Below, piece after piece: positions 41,130 through 51,768 of a stretch of DNA of 64,000 nucleotides. Both the position numbers and the translations under genes were made by a program. Source of the stretch: an uncultured virus (IMG/VR IMGVR_UViG_3300028886_001624). Taxonomy: Duplodnaviria; Heunggongvirae; Uroviricota; Caudoviricetes. How positions within the stretch are numbered: the first letter of the stretch is position 1; the number at the start of each line of letters is the position of its first letter. The notes beneath the pieces are model-generated. The model was not told where the DNA came from and ran no database searches. It saw nothing but the letters and a program-made list of their open reading frames with translations. Location of the stretch: positions 1 through 64,000 of the IMG/VR virus record IMGVR_UViG_3300028886_001624. One strand, 5' to 3'.

Positions 41130-42224
41130 ATGGAAAAAGATTGCTATAAAATTCTTGGAATAAGCGAGGAAGAGAAGAAACTAAAGGGAGAGGACTTCGA
41201 AAAAATTCTGAAAAAGAAATTCAGAAACATTGCCATGCAAGCCCATCCGGACCGTCAGAACGGAAAATCAGAGGGAGAGAAGAAGAAGGCCGAGGAAAAG
41301 TTCAAGGAGGCTTCCGAGGCTTATGACACGCTGTTGAACCATAGGGAAGAGTATGACAATCCCTCAAAGAAGTTCACGTATTCCGGGTCACCGTTTGATG
41401 ATATGGGCTTTGCGGATATATTCAGCCGATTCGGTATGGATATGGGAGGCTTCGGCTTTGATTTCAACGGCGGAGGAAGCAAGGGTGAGGCTAGAGGAAG
41501 CAGCATAAGGATAAACCTTGGAATAAGTTTGGAGGATGCCTATAAGGGCGCCGTCAAGAAGATAAAATATAAGAGACTTGAAATATGTGAAAACTGTAAC
41601 GGAAGCGGAATGGTTGAAAACAGCAAGAGAAAGACTTGTAAGACTTGCGGGGGCAGCGGAACATATTTCAATATCAACAGTTTCATAAAAATGGCGCAGA
41701 CTTGCCCGACTTGCGGAGGACAAGGACAGTTTATCGAGAATCCTTGTCCAAAGTGTAACGGACACGGGATTAGGCAGAAGACAACCGACGAGGTTGAAGT
41801 GAAGATTGACAAAGGCGTTATAAGCGGAATGTATATCACCTTGCAAGGAATGGGTAATTTCCCGCCAAAGGGAAATGGTGTACCCGGTGATTTGATTATC
41901 AACATTGAGATAGTGAATACCGGCAAGTATGAGATAATCGGTAACAATGTAATCGTTCCCATTGAGGTTAATGTGTTGGATGCCATATTGGGGTGCGAGG
42001 CTGAATTGGACACCGTTGACGGTAAACATCTGACCGTCAAGATTCCTAGAGGTACCACTGACGGCTATAAGATGAAATTCAAAGGGTATGGTATTCCGGT
42101 ATATGGCACGAATAACAGCGGAGACATCATAGGTGTTATTAAGGTGGTAATGCCAAAGAAATTAAATAACAAGGAAATAAAACTCATTAACGAACTCAAA
42201 GAACAAGACGATTTTAAATTTTAA
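41130..42224 (+). CDS. dnaJ: DnaJ co-chaperone
   Basis: J domain with HPD, G/F region, four CxxCxGxG, C-terminal domain. Confidence 0.95.
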   Translation: MEKDCYKILGISEEEKKLKGEDFEKILKKKFRNIAMQAHPDRQNGKSEGEKKKAEEKFKEASEAYDTLLNHREEYDNPSKKFTYSGSPFDDMGFADIFSRFGMDMGGFGFDFNGGGSKGEARGSSIRINLGISLEDAYKGAVKKIKYKRLEICENCNGSGMVENSKRKTCKTCGGSGTYFNINSFIKMAQTCPTCGGQGQFIENPCPKCNGHGIRQKTTDEVEVKIDKGVISGMYITLQGMGNFPPKGNGVPGDLIINIEIVNTGKYEIIGNNVIVPIEVNVLDAILGCEAELDTVDGKHLTVKIPRGTTDGYKMKFKGYGIPVYGTNNSGDIIGVIKVVMPKKLNNKEIKLINELKEQDDFKF

Positions 42225-42229
42225 ATGTT

Positions 42230-43225
42230 ATGGAAAATAACTATCAAGCATTTTTGAAAACTGATGATTCATATGAACCGGTCGGTGAAATGATAACAAC
42301 CCTCCCTAGCGGTTTTTATACACCCTACTGCAACCCATATAACGGAAAATATTATTTGAGGGCAAAAAATGTCATCCAACCCAAACTCTATACCTTCCAT
42401 AATGGGGTGCAAGAGACTATATTGAATGATATATATAAGTTTTGGGATTCTGAGGAGATTTATAGGAGGTTCGGTTCCGTGTATAAAAGAAATATCTTGC
42501 TGTACTCCGTCCCGGGTAATGGTAAGACATCGCTTATAAACATCATAACAAATAAATTGATAAGCGAATATAACGGAATAGTGATATTCATAGACTCTGC
42601 CGACCAACTCAGATGGTATTCAACCGTTATGGGAAGATTCAGACAAATTGAACCCAATCGTAAGGTTGTAACCGTAGTAGAGGATTTTGAGGAAATGGCC
42701 AATAACTCATCATTAATCACTTTGCTATTACAGACATTGGACGGTAATTCGCAGTTTGACAATGTTGTTACGATTGCCACCACAAATTATCCGGAACAAT
42801 TGGACAAGAGGTTCACTAGCAGACCTAGCAGATTCAATTTGGTTGTTGAATACAAGAAGCCGGATGCAGACATTAGGAGAGAATATATTACGATGAAACT
42901 TTCGGAGGGTGGCGTTGATGTGAATGACCCAAAGACCGCACGTGACATTGAGAAATACGTAGCCTTGACGGAAAACTATACATTTGACTTCTTGAAAGAA
43001 TTCATTCAAGGAATATACATTGACGGACTTAACGAGAATACCGTAAATACCCGTCTTAGGAAATTGATTAGTGAAGGCGGAAACGTTAAGGTGACGGATG
43101 ACAGTGATAAAAAAATCGGATTTACTTGTAATGAATTTTCAGTAGATAGTGTTCTCGAACATGCCGAAAGCCCCGCTCAACTCAGAGGCGATAGAAACGA
43201 TAAAGTAACGATAAAACCATTATGA
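42230..43225 (+). CDS. AAA+ ATPase
   Basis: VPGNGKT, VVEDFE, ATTN, RPSRF. Confidence 0.85.
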   Translation: MENNYQAFLKTDDSYEPVGEMITTLPSGFYTPYCNPYNGKYYLRAKNVIQPKLYTFHNGVQETILNDIYKFWDSEEIYRRFGSVYKRNILLYSVPGNGKTSLINIITNKLISEYNGIVIFIDSADQLRWYSTVMGRFRQIEPNRKVVTVVEDFEEMANNSSLITLLLQTLDGNSQFDNVVTIATTNYPEQLDKRFTSRPSRFNLVVEYKKPDADIRREYITMKLSEGGVDVNDPKTARDIEKYVALTENYTFDFLKEFIQGIYIDGLNENTVNTRLRKLISEGGNVKVTDDSDKKIGFTCNEFSVDSVLEHAESPAQLRGDRNDKVTIKPL

Positions 43226-43830
43226 TTAGCATAATTAAAGATGTCGATTTGTATCACCATTTCGACGAGTATGACGTAATACTGATTGGTACCAACCTTT
43301 ATTCTACCATGTCCCAAGGGATTCAGTTGAAGGTTATGTTAAACTATCCGTTCGTATTCAATAAGAACTTGGAGACCAAGTATGGTGACTTTGAGAAACT
43401 AGGTACGATATTGGATTGCCAAAAGGAGGGTGAACCTAGGTTCTGTCTCTGTTTCATCTGTGAGGGATTTAACTTCAGACCGGATATTCAGAAAGACTAC
43501 CTCTCCTATGAGGCATTGGAGAAATGCCTAAAACTTGTCAATGCCCTTTATAACGGCAAGAGGATTGCTTGCCCCTTGTTGGGTGCAAGCAGATTCGACG
43601 GGAACGGGGACAGAGAAAGGGTAATGGAGATTTTCAACAAATGCCTTACAGATGTTGACTGCACCATCTATGACTATTATCAGAAATCTAGGGACGAGGA
43701 AATGAAGGAGGTTAGGGAAATGGAACTAGAGGTGAAGAAAAGGAACCGTGAGGAGTATTATAAGATGGTTGCCGAGAGAAAGAGAATTGCTGATGAAAGA
43801 TACAAGAAAAACGGACACAGAAGATACTAA
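43222..43830 (+). CDS. Macro-domain-like protein
   Basis: N..TMSQGI, YEALEKCL, IACPLLGA..GD. Confidence 0.55.
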   Translation: MISIIKDVDLYHHFDEYDVILIGTNLYSTMSQGIQLKVMLNYPFVFNKNLETKYGDFEKLGTILDCQKEGEPRFCLCFICEGFNFRPDIQKDYLSYEALEKCLKLVNALYNGKRIACPLLGASRFDGNGDRERVMEIFNKCLTDVDCTIYDYYQKSRDEEMKEVREMELEVKKRNREEYYKMVAERKRIADERYKKNGHRRY

Positions 43831-43851
43831 TTTTTTATTAAATAAGTAAAT

Positions 43852-44220
43852 ATGATTATACATTTGAATTTAACAGAAGACCACTTGAAGTTGGTGAGAT
43901 TCTTAAACATCGAGGATGTTGACGATGATTTTCTCAAGATTAACAAGAAGGAAATGCTGACAATGAGGACCCACATATTGGATGACATTGCAATGATATT
44001 GGGGCTGCGTGACAAGGCAATTGACGGGACTGACGGCGATGCGGACGGCAGGGCATACGATGACGAGAGTGAAAAGTATATGCTCGACACATATCACTAC
44101 GTCTCAGATAACCTATATTATATTGAGACATTATTGCACCAAATGGTAATGGAAGGTGTTAAACCCGGAGAATATATTGCCAAAGACAATGAGTTAATTT
44201 GGTCTCTTAAGGAAAATTAA
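43852..44220 (+). CDS. Hypothetical protein
   Basis: ORF in operon. Confidence 0.65.
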   Translation: MIIHLNLTEDHLKLVRFLNIEDVDDDFLKINKKEMLTMRTHILDDIAMILGLRDKAIDGTDGDADGRAYDDESEKYMLDTYHYVSDNLYYIETLLHQMVMEGVKPGEYIAKDNELIWSLKEN

Positions 44221-44312
44221 CTTAAATAATTTTGTCATTATAAATAAAAACGGTACCTTTGCAAACGTATTTCGTTAAAATTGAATTATGTGTATTAAAA
44301 CATTATAGATAG

Positions 44313-44840
44313 ATGGCTAAAGTTAAGAATGACAATTTTGCCTTTAGATTTAGGGTGAATGATGAAATAAGGGTATCATCCGAAGTAAGGGTTGTTGGTG
44401 AAGGAATTGAAAGCAAGGTCGTACCATTTTCAGAGGCTAGGCGAATTGCCAATGAAATGGGTCTTGACATGGTTGAGTTGCAGACAAAGGGTGCAAACCC
44501 CATCATAAAGATATGCAACTATGAGAAGATGATTTATGAACTAAAGAGGAATGCCAAGAAAAACAAGCACCAATCGAAGCCGCTAAAGGAAATACAACTC
44601 AGTGTAAATATCGCCAAGCATGACTTGGAGACCAAGGCAAACAATGCCAAGAGATTCTTGGATGATGGAAGCAAGGTAAAGGTCGTGCTGACCATGAAGG
44701 GCAGAGAATTGTCTAGAAGGGAAGAGAATAAGAAATCCATATTGGAGTTCATTGTTATGCTAGAGGATGTGGCTGTTCCGGAATTCACTCCCAAAGATGA
44801 GGGCAATAAGACATATGTCATCTTGAAAAAGAAAGCATAA
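44313..44840 (+). CDS. infC: Translation initiation factor IF-3
   Basis: VNDEIR..EVRVV, GLDMVE, KEIQL..I..HDLETK, KVKVVL..KGRE. Confidence 0.92.
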   Translation: MAKVKNDNFAFRFRVNDEIRVSSEVRVVGEGIESKVVPFSEARRIANEMGLDMVELQTKGANPIIKICNYEKMIYELKRNAKKNKHQSKPLKEIQLSVNIAKHDLETKANNAKRFLDDGSKVKVVLTMKGRELSRREENKKSILEFIVMLEDVAVPEFTPKDEGNKTYVILKKKA

Positions 44841-44876
44841 AACTTAAAATATTAACTAATAACATTTTTTCAAACA

Positions 44877-45830
44877 ATGGGGTTTGTAATCAATCTGAAA
44901 GCGGAAACCGGCCTAGTTGACCGTTCTGAAAACACCGCTAGGTTCTACAAAGACGTTAAAGACTATAAACCTTTCTCGAAAGAGGAAGAGGTCAAGTGGT
45001 TCACCATGCTAGATGCTTGTAGGAAAAAGATGGCTGCATGTAAGAAAAACGGAGACAAGGAGGAATATCTTAAGGCAAACAAAGAATATGAGTCAGTCAG
45101 AGAAAGAATAATATTGTGTAATCAGCGATTGGTCATCGCCGCTGCAAAGAATTATTCCACGACCGATACGCTCACTGACTTCATAAGTGAGATTAACTTC
45201 GGATTAATTGAAGCCGTGGACAAATACGATGTAACCAAGGGGGTCAAGTTTGCAAGTTACGCCATGTGGTATATAATAAGGGCAATCAACTTGTTTAAAT
45301 ACGGTGAAATGGAAATGGTTCAGAGAAGCAACGGGTTCAAGACATTCCACGTCATGTCAAAGGCTAGGAACAAGTTCATACAAGAGAACGAACGGGAACC
45401 GACAAACGATGAACTGTTGGAGATTCTTAACAATATATACGGAAAGGACATTAAAGACAAGAATGACTTGTTGGATATGAACTATTCTAGTATTGACTTG
45501 GACACATCTAGTGAAGATGACGGGTTGGGTATGAATGAGATTGCAGAATACAATAGAATAAGCGCCTCACAAAACGATTATGTCAAAAAGGCTTCAGACG
45601 AATTCAATTCGGCACTGATTTCATCTTTAATTACCGTATTGAACCCAAAAGAGAAACAAATTATCGAAATGAGATTCGGGCTAACCAAAGACAACGGGCT
45701 TCAGCGTGAACTCGAACTGACTGAAGTTTCCGATAGAATCGGAATTTCATCAGAGCGCGTCAGACAATTGGAATGCAGTGCAATAGAAAAACTTAGGAAA
45801 GAATATGAAAGACGTATAAAGAAAATGTAA
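44877..45830 (+). CDS. Second sigma-70 family sigma factor
   Basis: NQRLVIAAAKNY, GLIEAVDKYD, KFASYAMWYI, EREPT, SSERVRQLE. Confidence 0.9.
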   Translation: MGFVINLKAETGLVDRSENTARFYKDVKDYKPFSKEEEVKWFTMLDACRKKMAACKKNGDKEEYLKANKEYESVRERIILCNQRLVIAAAKNYSTTDTLTDFISEINFGLIEAVDKYDVTKGVKFASYAMWYIIRAINLFKYGEMEMVQRSNGFKTFHVMSKARNKFIQENEREPTNDELLEILNNIYGKDIKDKNDLLDMNYSSIDLDTSSEDDGLGMNEIAEYNRISASQNDYVKKASDEFNSALISSLITVLNPKEKQIIEMRFGLTKDNGLQRELELTEVSDRIGISSERVRQLECSAIEKLRKEYERRIKKM

Positions 45831-45836
45831 AAAAAG

Positions 45837-45866
45837 AAAGGTGGTCAGATATTGACCACCTTTTTT
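45837..45866. terminator. Hairpin terminator between convergent genes
   Basis: AAAGGTGGTCA / TGACCACCTTT. Confidence 0.75.
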
Positions 45867-45877
45867 ATTGTTAAGTA

Positions 45878-47948
45878 TTATTGTTCAACCTTGGTCCAAT
45901 TAGGCAATTGGTTCATCCAAGTGTTATAACCACTGCTACCTTGTGGAACTGTTAAAGTACCACCGGTCTTAACACTATAAAAAGTAGAATTTTGTATTGT
46001 TGGTGCTGTTGTTGCAAGTGAAGTTATTGCTGATAAATTAGAACAATTTTGGAAAGCACTACCACCAATACTTGTAACACCACTACCAATTGTACAAGTT
46101 GTCATAGCAGAACACCGATAGAAAGTATTATTACCAATACTTGTAACACTGCCCGGAATTGTTATGCTTGATAAACTTGTACATTGATAGAAAGCATCAC
46201 TACCAATGCTTGTAACACCGTCCGGAATTGTTATGCTTGATAAACTAGAACAATTATTGAAAGTGTTACTACCAATGCTTGTAACACTGCCCGGAATTGT
46301 TATACTTGATAAACTTGTGCAACCACTGAAAACATAACTACCAATGCTTGTAACACTGCCCGGAATTGTTATACTTGATAAACTTGTACAACTAGCGAAA
46401 GCATAGTCATAAATGCTTGTAACAGTGTTTGGTATAATAGTTGTCTTACAGCCAACAACTAAAGTGTTCGTACTTGTTTGAATAATCGCATTGCAATTGT
46501 TTCTTGAGTCATAGGTTGTATTTGCACCATCAACAGTTATACTTGATAAACTAGAACAACTAGCGAAAGCACCATTACCAATGCTTGTAACACTGTCCGG
46601 AATTGTTATACTTGTTAAACTAGTACAATTTCGGAAAGTAGCACCGTCAATGAATTTTGTATCATTTTTAAGCATATAAGTTGCTAAGGTTTTGTTAACT
46701 ACTTCAACAGCACAAGTGTCAGCATATCTGATATCATCAACAACCGGAAGACTTGTACATTCGGTGAAAGCACTATCACCAATGCTTGTAACACCACTTC
46801 CAATATGACATGTTGTCATGGCACTACACTTTCTGAAAGCACTATTACCAATACTTGTAACGCTGTCCGGAATTGTTATGCTTGATAAACTACGACAACC
46901 ATTGAAAGCATAGTCATCAATGCTTGTAACACCGTCCGGAATTGTTATGCTTGATAAACTACGACAATTATTGAAAGCATAGTCATCAATGCTTGTAACG
47001 CCACTTCCAATGTGGCAACTTGTCATAGCAGAACAAGTATCGAAAGCATTATCACCAATACTTGTAATACCATTTCCAATTGTACAAGTTGTCATAGCAG
47101 AACATCTATTGAAAACACCAATACCAATGCTTGTAACGCTGTCCGGGATTGTTATGCTTGTTAAACTACGGCATTGAGCGAAAGCACTATCACCAATGCT
47201 TGTAACACTGTCCGGTATTGTTATGCTTGATAAACTAGAACAATTATTGAAAGCACCATTACCAATGCTTGTAACACTGCCCGGAATTGTTATACTTGAT
47301 AATTTAGAACAATTTCGGAAAGCATTGAAACCAATGGCTGTAATATTATCACCAATGACATATTCTTTCACTTGAACACCAAAAATATTTGAGCATGCAG
47401 TGTTATTATTAAGAATTGTATTAGAGTTGATTGTTACACTTGTTAAATTAGAACAATTATAGAAAGCATTAGTACCAATAGTTGTGACACCACTGCCAAT
47501 GGTACAAGTTGTCATGGCAGAACACCGATAAAAAGCCTGTCCACCAATACCTGTAACACTGTCCGGAATTGTTATGCTTGATAAACTAGTACATTGGGCG
47601 AAAACATTATTACCAATACTTGTAACACCACTTCCGATTGTACAAGTTGTCATGGCAGAACACCTAGTAAAAGCACTAGCACCAACGCTTGTGCAAAGTG
47701 TACCAACTTCAGCACTGACACAAGTTGCGCTGTAACCGCTTGTCATTGCTCTTGTAAGTTCTCCGCTACCTTCAATCTCAACAACTTCACTGTTGTTAAG
47801 GGTTAACTTACAGAAGAAAGGTGGGGGGGGTAGGATTATAATGAATACCACTCTCAGCCACGACATAACTTACGTTTGGCTTTGGATAGTCCGTGGCAAC
47901 ATATGCTGTATAATCGGCAACAGTTGCAAACTTTTTTAAATACCACAT
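45878..47948 (-). CDS. Long BspA-type LRR gene, frameshifted at C8 tract (47823-47830)
   Basis: Leader from ATG 47948 stops at 47808 (46 aa); LRR body is in the +1 frame; near-identical 69-bp repeats. Confidence 0.85.
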
Positions 47949-48064
47949 AATGTTTTTAAATAAAGATTTTAATTAAGTTATTTTAACAATAATTATTACA
48001 AATATTTGATAAAATCATTTTGTTAATTCAGATTTTTGAGGAATCTAATCCTCGCTTTATTGTT

Positions 48065-48544
48065 TTACTTTCCGAATTTTTCTTTTAGGAAACTTGAAAA
48101 TGTCTTGTTTTTACGGTGATTCAGATAATAATCCTTTGCCATTTCCTTTAGGTCCTTCTTTGGAATCTTCTCAAATTTTTTCCATTGGATTGCACTCTTT
48201 GAGGAGTAAGACCAATTATCTTGATTTAGATAAGCCTCCATTTCCATCGGCATGAACTTATAAGGCATATTTCTACTAATGGTAATCAATGACAGATTAC
48301 AAATCCATTCCCATATATACCTTATATAATATAATAGCCAAGAATCATTGGTACTCTCCGCTTGGCGGACATGGATTAGTTCGTGGTTTTTGAAATTGGA
48401 GTCAACGAATTCATTCTTATTGAGTTCGTCAGCATCCTCTTTCCTTTGGCAATAAACCGTTCCAAACAAGGTAATCCCTTTAAAGTTTGACGGTAAAAAT
48501 AAGGCTTTTTTACCCTTAATGGTTTTAATTTTACTTGGTTTCAT
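48065..48544 (-). CDS. HExxH-containing protein
   Basis: GITLFG, NHELIHVRQ, EMEAY. Confidence 0.65.
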   Translation of the reverse strand: MKPSKIKTIKGKKALFLPSNFKGITLFGTVYCQRKEDADELNKNEFVDSNFKNHELIHVRQAESTNDSWLLYYIRYIWEWICNLSLITISRNMPYKFMPMEMEAYLNQDNWSYSSKSAIQWKKFEKIPKKDLKEMAKDYYLNHRKNKTFSSFLKEKFGK

Positions 48545-48626
48545 CTTTTTTTATGTATAAATATTTGGAAATTTAACATTTTTTATATATCTTTGCAACG
48601 TAAATAAAGTAAAAAAATTAAATGTT

Positions 48627-48896
48627 ATGGTAAATTTGGAGAAAGTAAGAGAAATGTTTCCGGATGATAAGATTTCCTATGCATCGATTAGCATTGAGGA
48701 ACTGTCCGAAATAATGGAGAATGTGGATGTGTCGTTTGAAATAGATAGAGACACTCTAGACTATTATTACTCAATTGAAATTGCTGATTTGGTTGAGTCA
48801 AACGTGAGTGATGAAACCCTTCAGAAAATGGCTGACAAGGGGTGGTCATTTGATGCAAGCGGAACTGAACTGATTATATATTTGAAGAACGAATAA
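48627..48896 (+). CDS. Hypothetical acidic protein
   Basis: ORF after promoter. Confidence 0.65.
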   Translation: MVNLEKVREMFPDDKISYASISIEELSEIMENVDVSFEIDRDTLDYYYSIEIADLVESNVSDETLQKMADKGWSFDASGTELIIYLKNE

Positions 48897-48923
48897 TATT
48901 AATTTATAACCATATTTAAAATT

Positions 48924-49349
48924 ATGATTTACTCAGAAGTTACCGGAAGACTTGGCGCAGATTGCGAAGTCAAAGTATCGAAAAGTGATAATAAATACAT
49001 TACGATGCGGATTGCATCAAATGATTTCTACAATGGGGAACCAACGACAACATGGATTCGCGTATTTTGGAGTGGTGACCGCGCCATTAAGATGAGCGAA
49101 CACCTAAAGAAGGGCTGTCTAGTAAGTGTTAGGGGTGTGTTGAGGACTTCATTGTATGAAAGGAATGGTGAAAAGGCAATATCCATTGAGATATTTGCAG
49201 ACCGGGTTGATTTTGTTAGCGTTGGCTCCGGGTCAACTCAAACCACGGAAGCGGTGGTTGAGGAGGCACCGAAGGTTGAACCAAGTGTAAGTGTTGTGCC
49301 AAATGCTGAAGTGGCTTCTGCCACAGATGATGATGATTTACCATTCTAA
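48924..49349 (+). CDS. ssb: Single-stranded DNA-binding protein
   Basis: GRLGAD, TTWI, LKKG..V.G OB fold; DDDDLPF tail. Confidence 0.92.
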   Translation: MIYSEVTGRLGADCEVKVSKSDNKYITMRIASNDFYNGEPTTTWIRVFWSGDRAIKMSEHLKKGCLVSVRGVLRTSLYERNGEKAISIEIFADRVDFVSVGSGSTQTTEAVVEEAPKVEPSVSVVPNAEVASATDDDDLPF

Positions 49350-49464
49350 ATAAGATGAGGGGCCACTAATTTTAGTGGCCTTTAATCTTTTTTAACACCA
49401 ATATTTTTGTTATTCCAATTTTTTTCCATACTTTTGCAAAAAATATTCTAAAGAAAAAGATAAA

Positions 49465-50649
49465 ATGGCAAAAGAAAATGTTACCCCAACTACTGAAATC
49501 ATAGAATCAGTTAAAGAAAGAGGTGTTACAAAATTTAAAATTGGTGATAACGGTGAAATGGATTTAAGCACCATTCCACAAGATAAGTTGACTTATTATA
49601 AAGAAATATCAAAGTCCCTCAATGAAAAGGACTTGTCTAGCGTAATGTCCTATGGGGCCGACTTGCAAGAAGCCATGGGGTCATACTCCAATGACTTCCT
49701 CAAACAGACGTTTTCGTCAAATTCTAGTATAGAATCTGCAAGATTAGTTAGCAGACTCCTTAATAAATTGAAGGAAGTGGACGTGGATGAACTCAAGGCA
49801 CCCACAAAACTCAAGTCGGTTATTAACAGAATACCCTTGTTAAACAAACTGATATATTCGGTTGATAAGATTAAAACCAAATATCAAGCCATTCAAACGA
49901 ATATTGACGGCATAATCTCTGAATTGGAAACCGCTAGGCAAATAGCAATCAGAGACAATAATCTCTTACAGAATCAATTTGAGGGTAATGTCGACTATAT
50001 CGACCAAGTAACAGACTTAATCGTTGCCGGAAAATTAAAAATACAAGAACTAGATTCTGAGATAGGGACCATGAAGGCCAACCCGGACCAATATGAGAGT
50101 TATGAGTTGAGTGACATACAAGAGTATAAGGGCTATTTGGAGAAAAGAATTAACGACTTGCTCCTCTTGAGATTCGCCTTCAAGAAGTCTTTGATGGACA
50201 TCAGAATCATACAGCGGACAAATATCTTAAGCGCAAACAACACTGAACAGCACATTAAGATGACCATTCCATTTTGGAAGAATCAACTTTCCGTTGCTGT
50301 GGCCTTGTATGACCAAAAAAAGATAATTGACATGAACTCAATGATGAGCAATGCAACAAATGAAATGCTCACAAAGAATTCACAAATGATTAAAACCCAA
50401 TCCGTTGAGGCAATTAAACAGAATACCCGTTCAATATTGGATATTGAATCCCTCAGAAAGGCCACGCAAGATTTAATTGAGACCGTTGAGGGTATTCGCA
50501 AAGTGCAAGAAGAGAGCACTCAGAAACAGATTAACGCTGAAAATGAGTTGAGGCAATTGGAGGAAACAATGACCAAGACCATATGCGGCATGAAGGCAAT
50601 CCCTTCACACGTTGTATCAAGAGAACTAGAAACTGTAGAATCTAGGTGA
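49465..50649 (+). CDS. Toxic anion resistance (TelA-like) protein
   Basis: YGA..Q, KYQ....ID.I, RDN, TIPFWKNQL coiled-coil pattern. Confidence 0.75.
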   Translation: MAKENVTPTTEIIESVKERGVTKFKIGDNGEMDLSTIPQDKLTYYKEISKSLNEKDLSSVMSYGADLQEAMGSYSNDFLKQTFSSNSSIESARLVSRLLNKLKEVDVDELKAPTKLKSVINRIPLLNKLIYSVDKIKTKYQAIQTNIDGIISELETARQIAIRDNNLLQNQFEGNVDYIDQVTDLIVAGKLKIQELDSEIGTMKANPDQYESYELSDIQEYKGYLEKRINDLLLLRFAFKKSLMDIRIIQRTNILSANNTEQHIKMTIPFWKNQLSVAVALYDQKKIIDMNSMMSNATNEMLTKNSQMIKTQSVEAIKQNTRSILDIESLRKATQDLIETVEGIRKVQEESTQKQINAENELRQLEETMTKTICGMKAIPSHVVSRELETVESR

Positions 50650-51512
50650 TGAATTCGTATAAAGAACTTTTTGAAATACATGAATTTGACATCAAAAAAG
50701 AAGGGATTGGTGGCAGTTCCTTCTTTTTGCCCGGTGAACTCATAGAAGCCATTGATTTCACTTCTTTGGGTGTTGTGCGTGAATCATCATGCCTACCCAC
50801 TTATATTGAAGGTGAGAATTACGCCATTATGAATAAAGTTGGCGGTATTACCATCGAGAATAAGATATATAAGTTAATCAAGGTGGTGGATGAATTTAAC
50901 GGAAGCAAGATAGATTCACTTATTGTTAAGCAAATCTCCGGTCCGGTCAGTAAGATATATGCGCTGTCTCCACATGATTGTGAATGCCACAAGATACCAT
51001 TTCAAGAAGGGTTGCAATTGTTCCCTAAGGGGTTGCCTTGGTATAGGGTAAAGGAAAGGGTTAGGTTTAATCCATACGATATGTCAACCACACCTTTGAG
51101 TGACGTGGATAATACCATAAGACACATATTATTAAAACTGAACGGATTCGGGGACTATTATGACAATTACATTATAACCCCTAGCGGTAGACTATTGGAT
51201 GAGGAAGAATTCAAAAATACCCTAACGATTTATTCTAGGGACTCTCTACCATACGGCAATGGGTTTGTTTGGAAGGCAAACAAAAACTTTAACGCCTCCA
51301 TAGTCTACCCCAATACATTCTTGTTTAACCACGGTAACTTTATATCCTCAAACGGAGAGATATTTCTTAGGATTGACCTATTGGTCCGTGGACTTGATAA
51401 CACCACCATTGACGGATTCTTCGGTGTTGAACCGATATATCTGAAAAACATCAATCCTAGTAAGTTCTTCAAGATTGTGTGGGATGAAAGGAGTTCAAAG
51501 AAAATAAAATAA
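50649..51512 (+). CDS. Hypothetical protein
   Basis: ORF overlapping the TelA stop. Confidence 0.7.
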   Translation: MNSYKELFEIHEFDIKKEGIGGSSFFLPGELIEAIDFTSLGVVRESSCLPTYIEGENYAIMNKVGGITIENKIYKLIKVVDEFNGSKIDSLIVKQISGPVSKIYALSPHDCECHKIPFQEGLQLFPKGLPWYRVKERVRFNPYDMSTTPLSDVDNTIRHILLKLNGFGDYYDNYIITPSGRLLDEEEFKNTLTIYSRDSLPYGNGFVWKANKNFNASIVYPNTFLFNHGNFISSNGEIFLRIDLLVRGLDNTTIDGFFGVEPIYLKNINPSKFFKIVWDERSSKKIK

Positions 51513-51564
51513 GGTAACTATAAACAATTAGACCATACTAAATTTATTTAAAATAAAAAAAGAT

Positions 51565-51732
51565 ATGAAACTAAAAAGAAAAATTGAATTGCAGAAAAAA
51601 GCAAAAGAAATGGCAAATTATGCGGAAAAACACCCCAACGCATCCTTATTTAGTGGATTTATGCCATCAGAAGAATACGACTATTTAGTAAAATGCTTGG
51701 AAGAAATAGACAAACGTGCCAAGATTGCATAA
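51565..51732 (+). CDS. Small hypothetical protein (55 aa)
   Basis: MKLKRKIEL..RAKIA; not in ORF track. Confidence 0.5.
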   Translation: MKLKRKIELQKKAKEMANYAEKHPNASLFSGFMPSEEYDYLVKCLEEIDKRAKIA

Positions 51733-51768
51733 TTACTGAAAATTTTAAGAATTTAACATTAATAACGT

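Noticed and set aside
17921..47948. Diversity-generating retroelement acting on LRR genes
   Set aside because: No reverse transcriptase in the window and no TR/VR pair with adenine-specific differences recognised.
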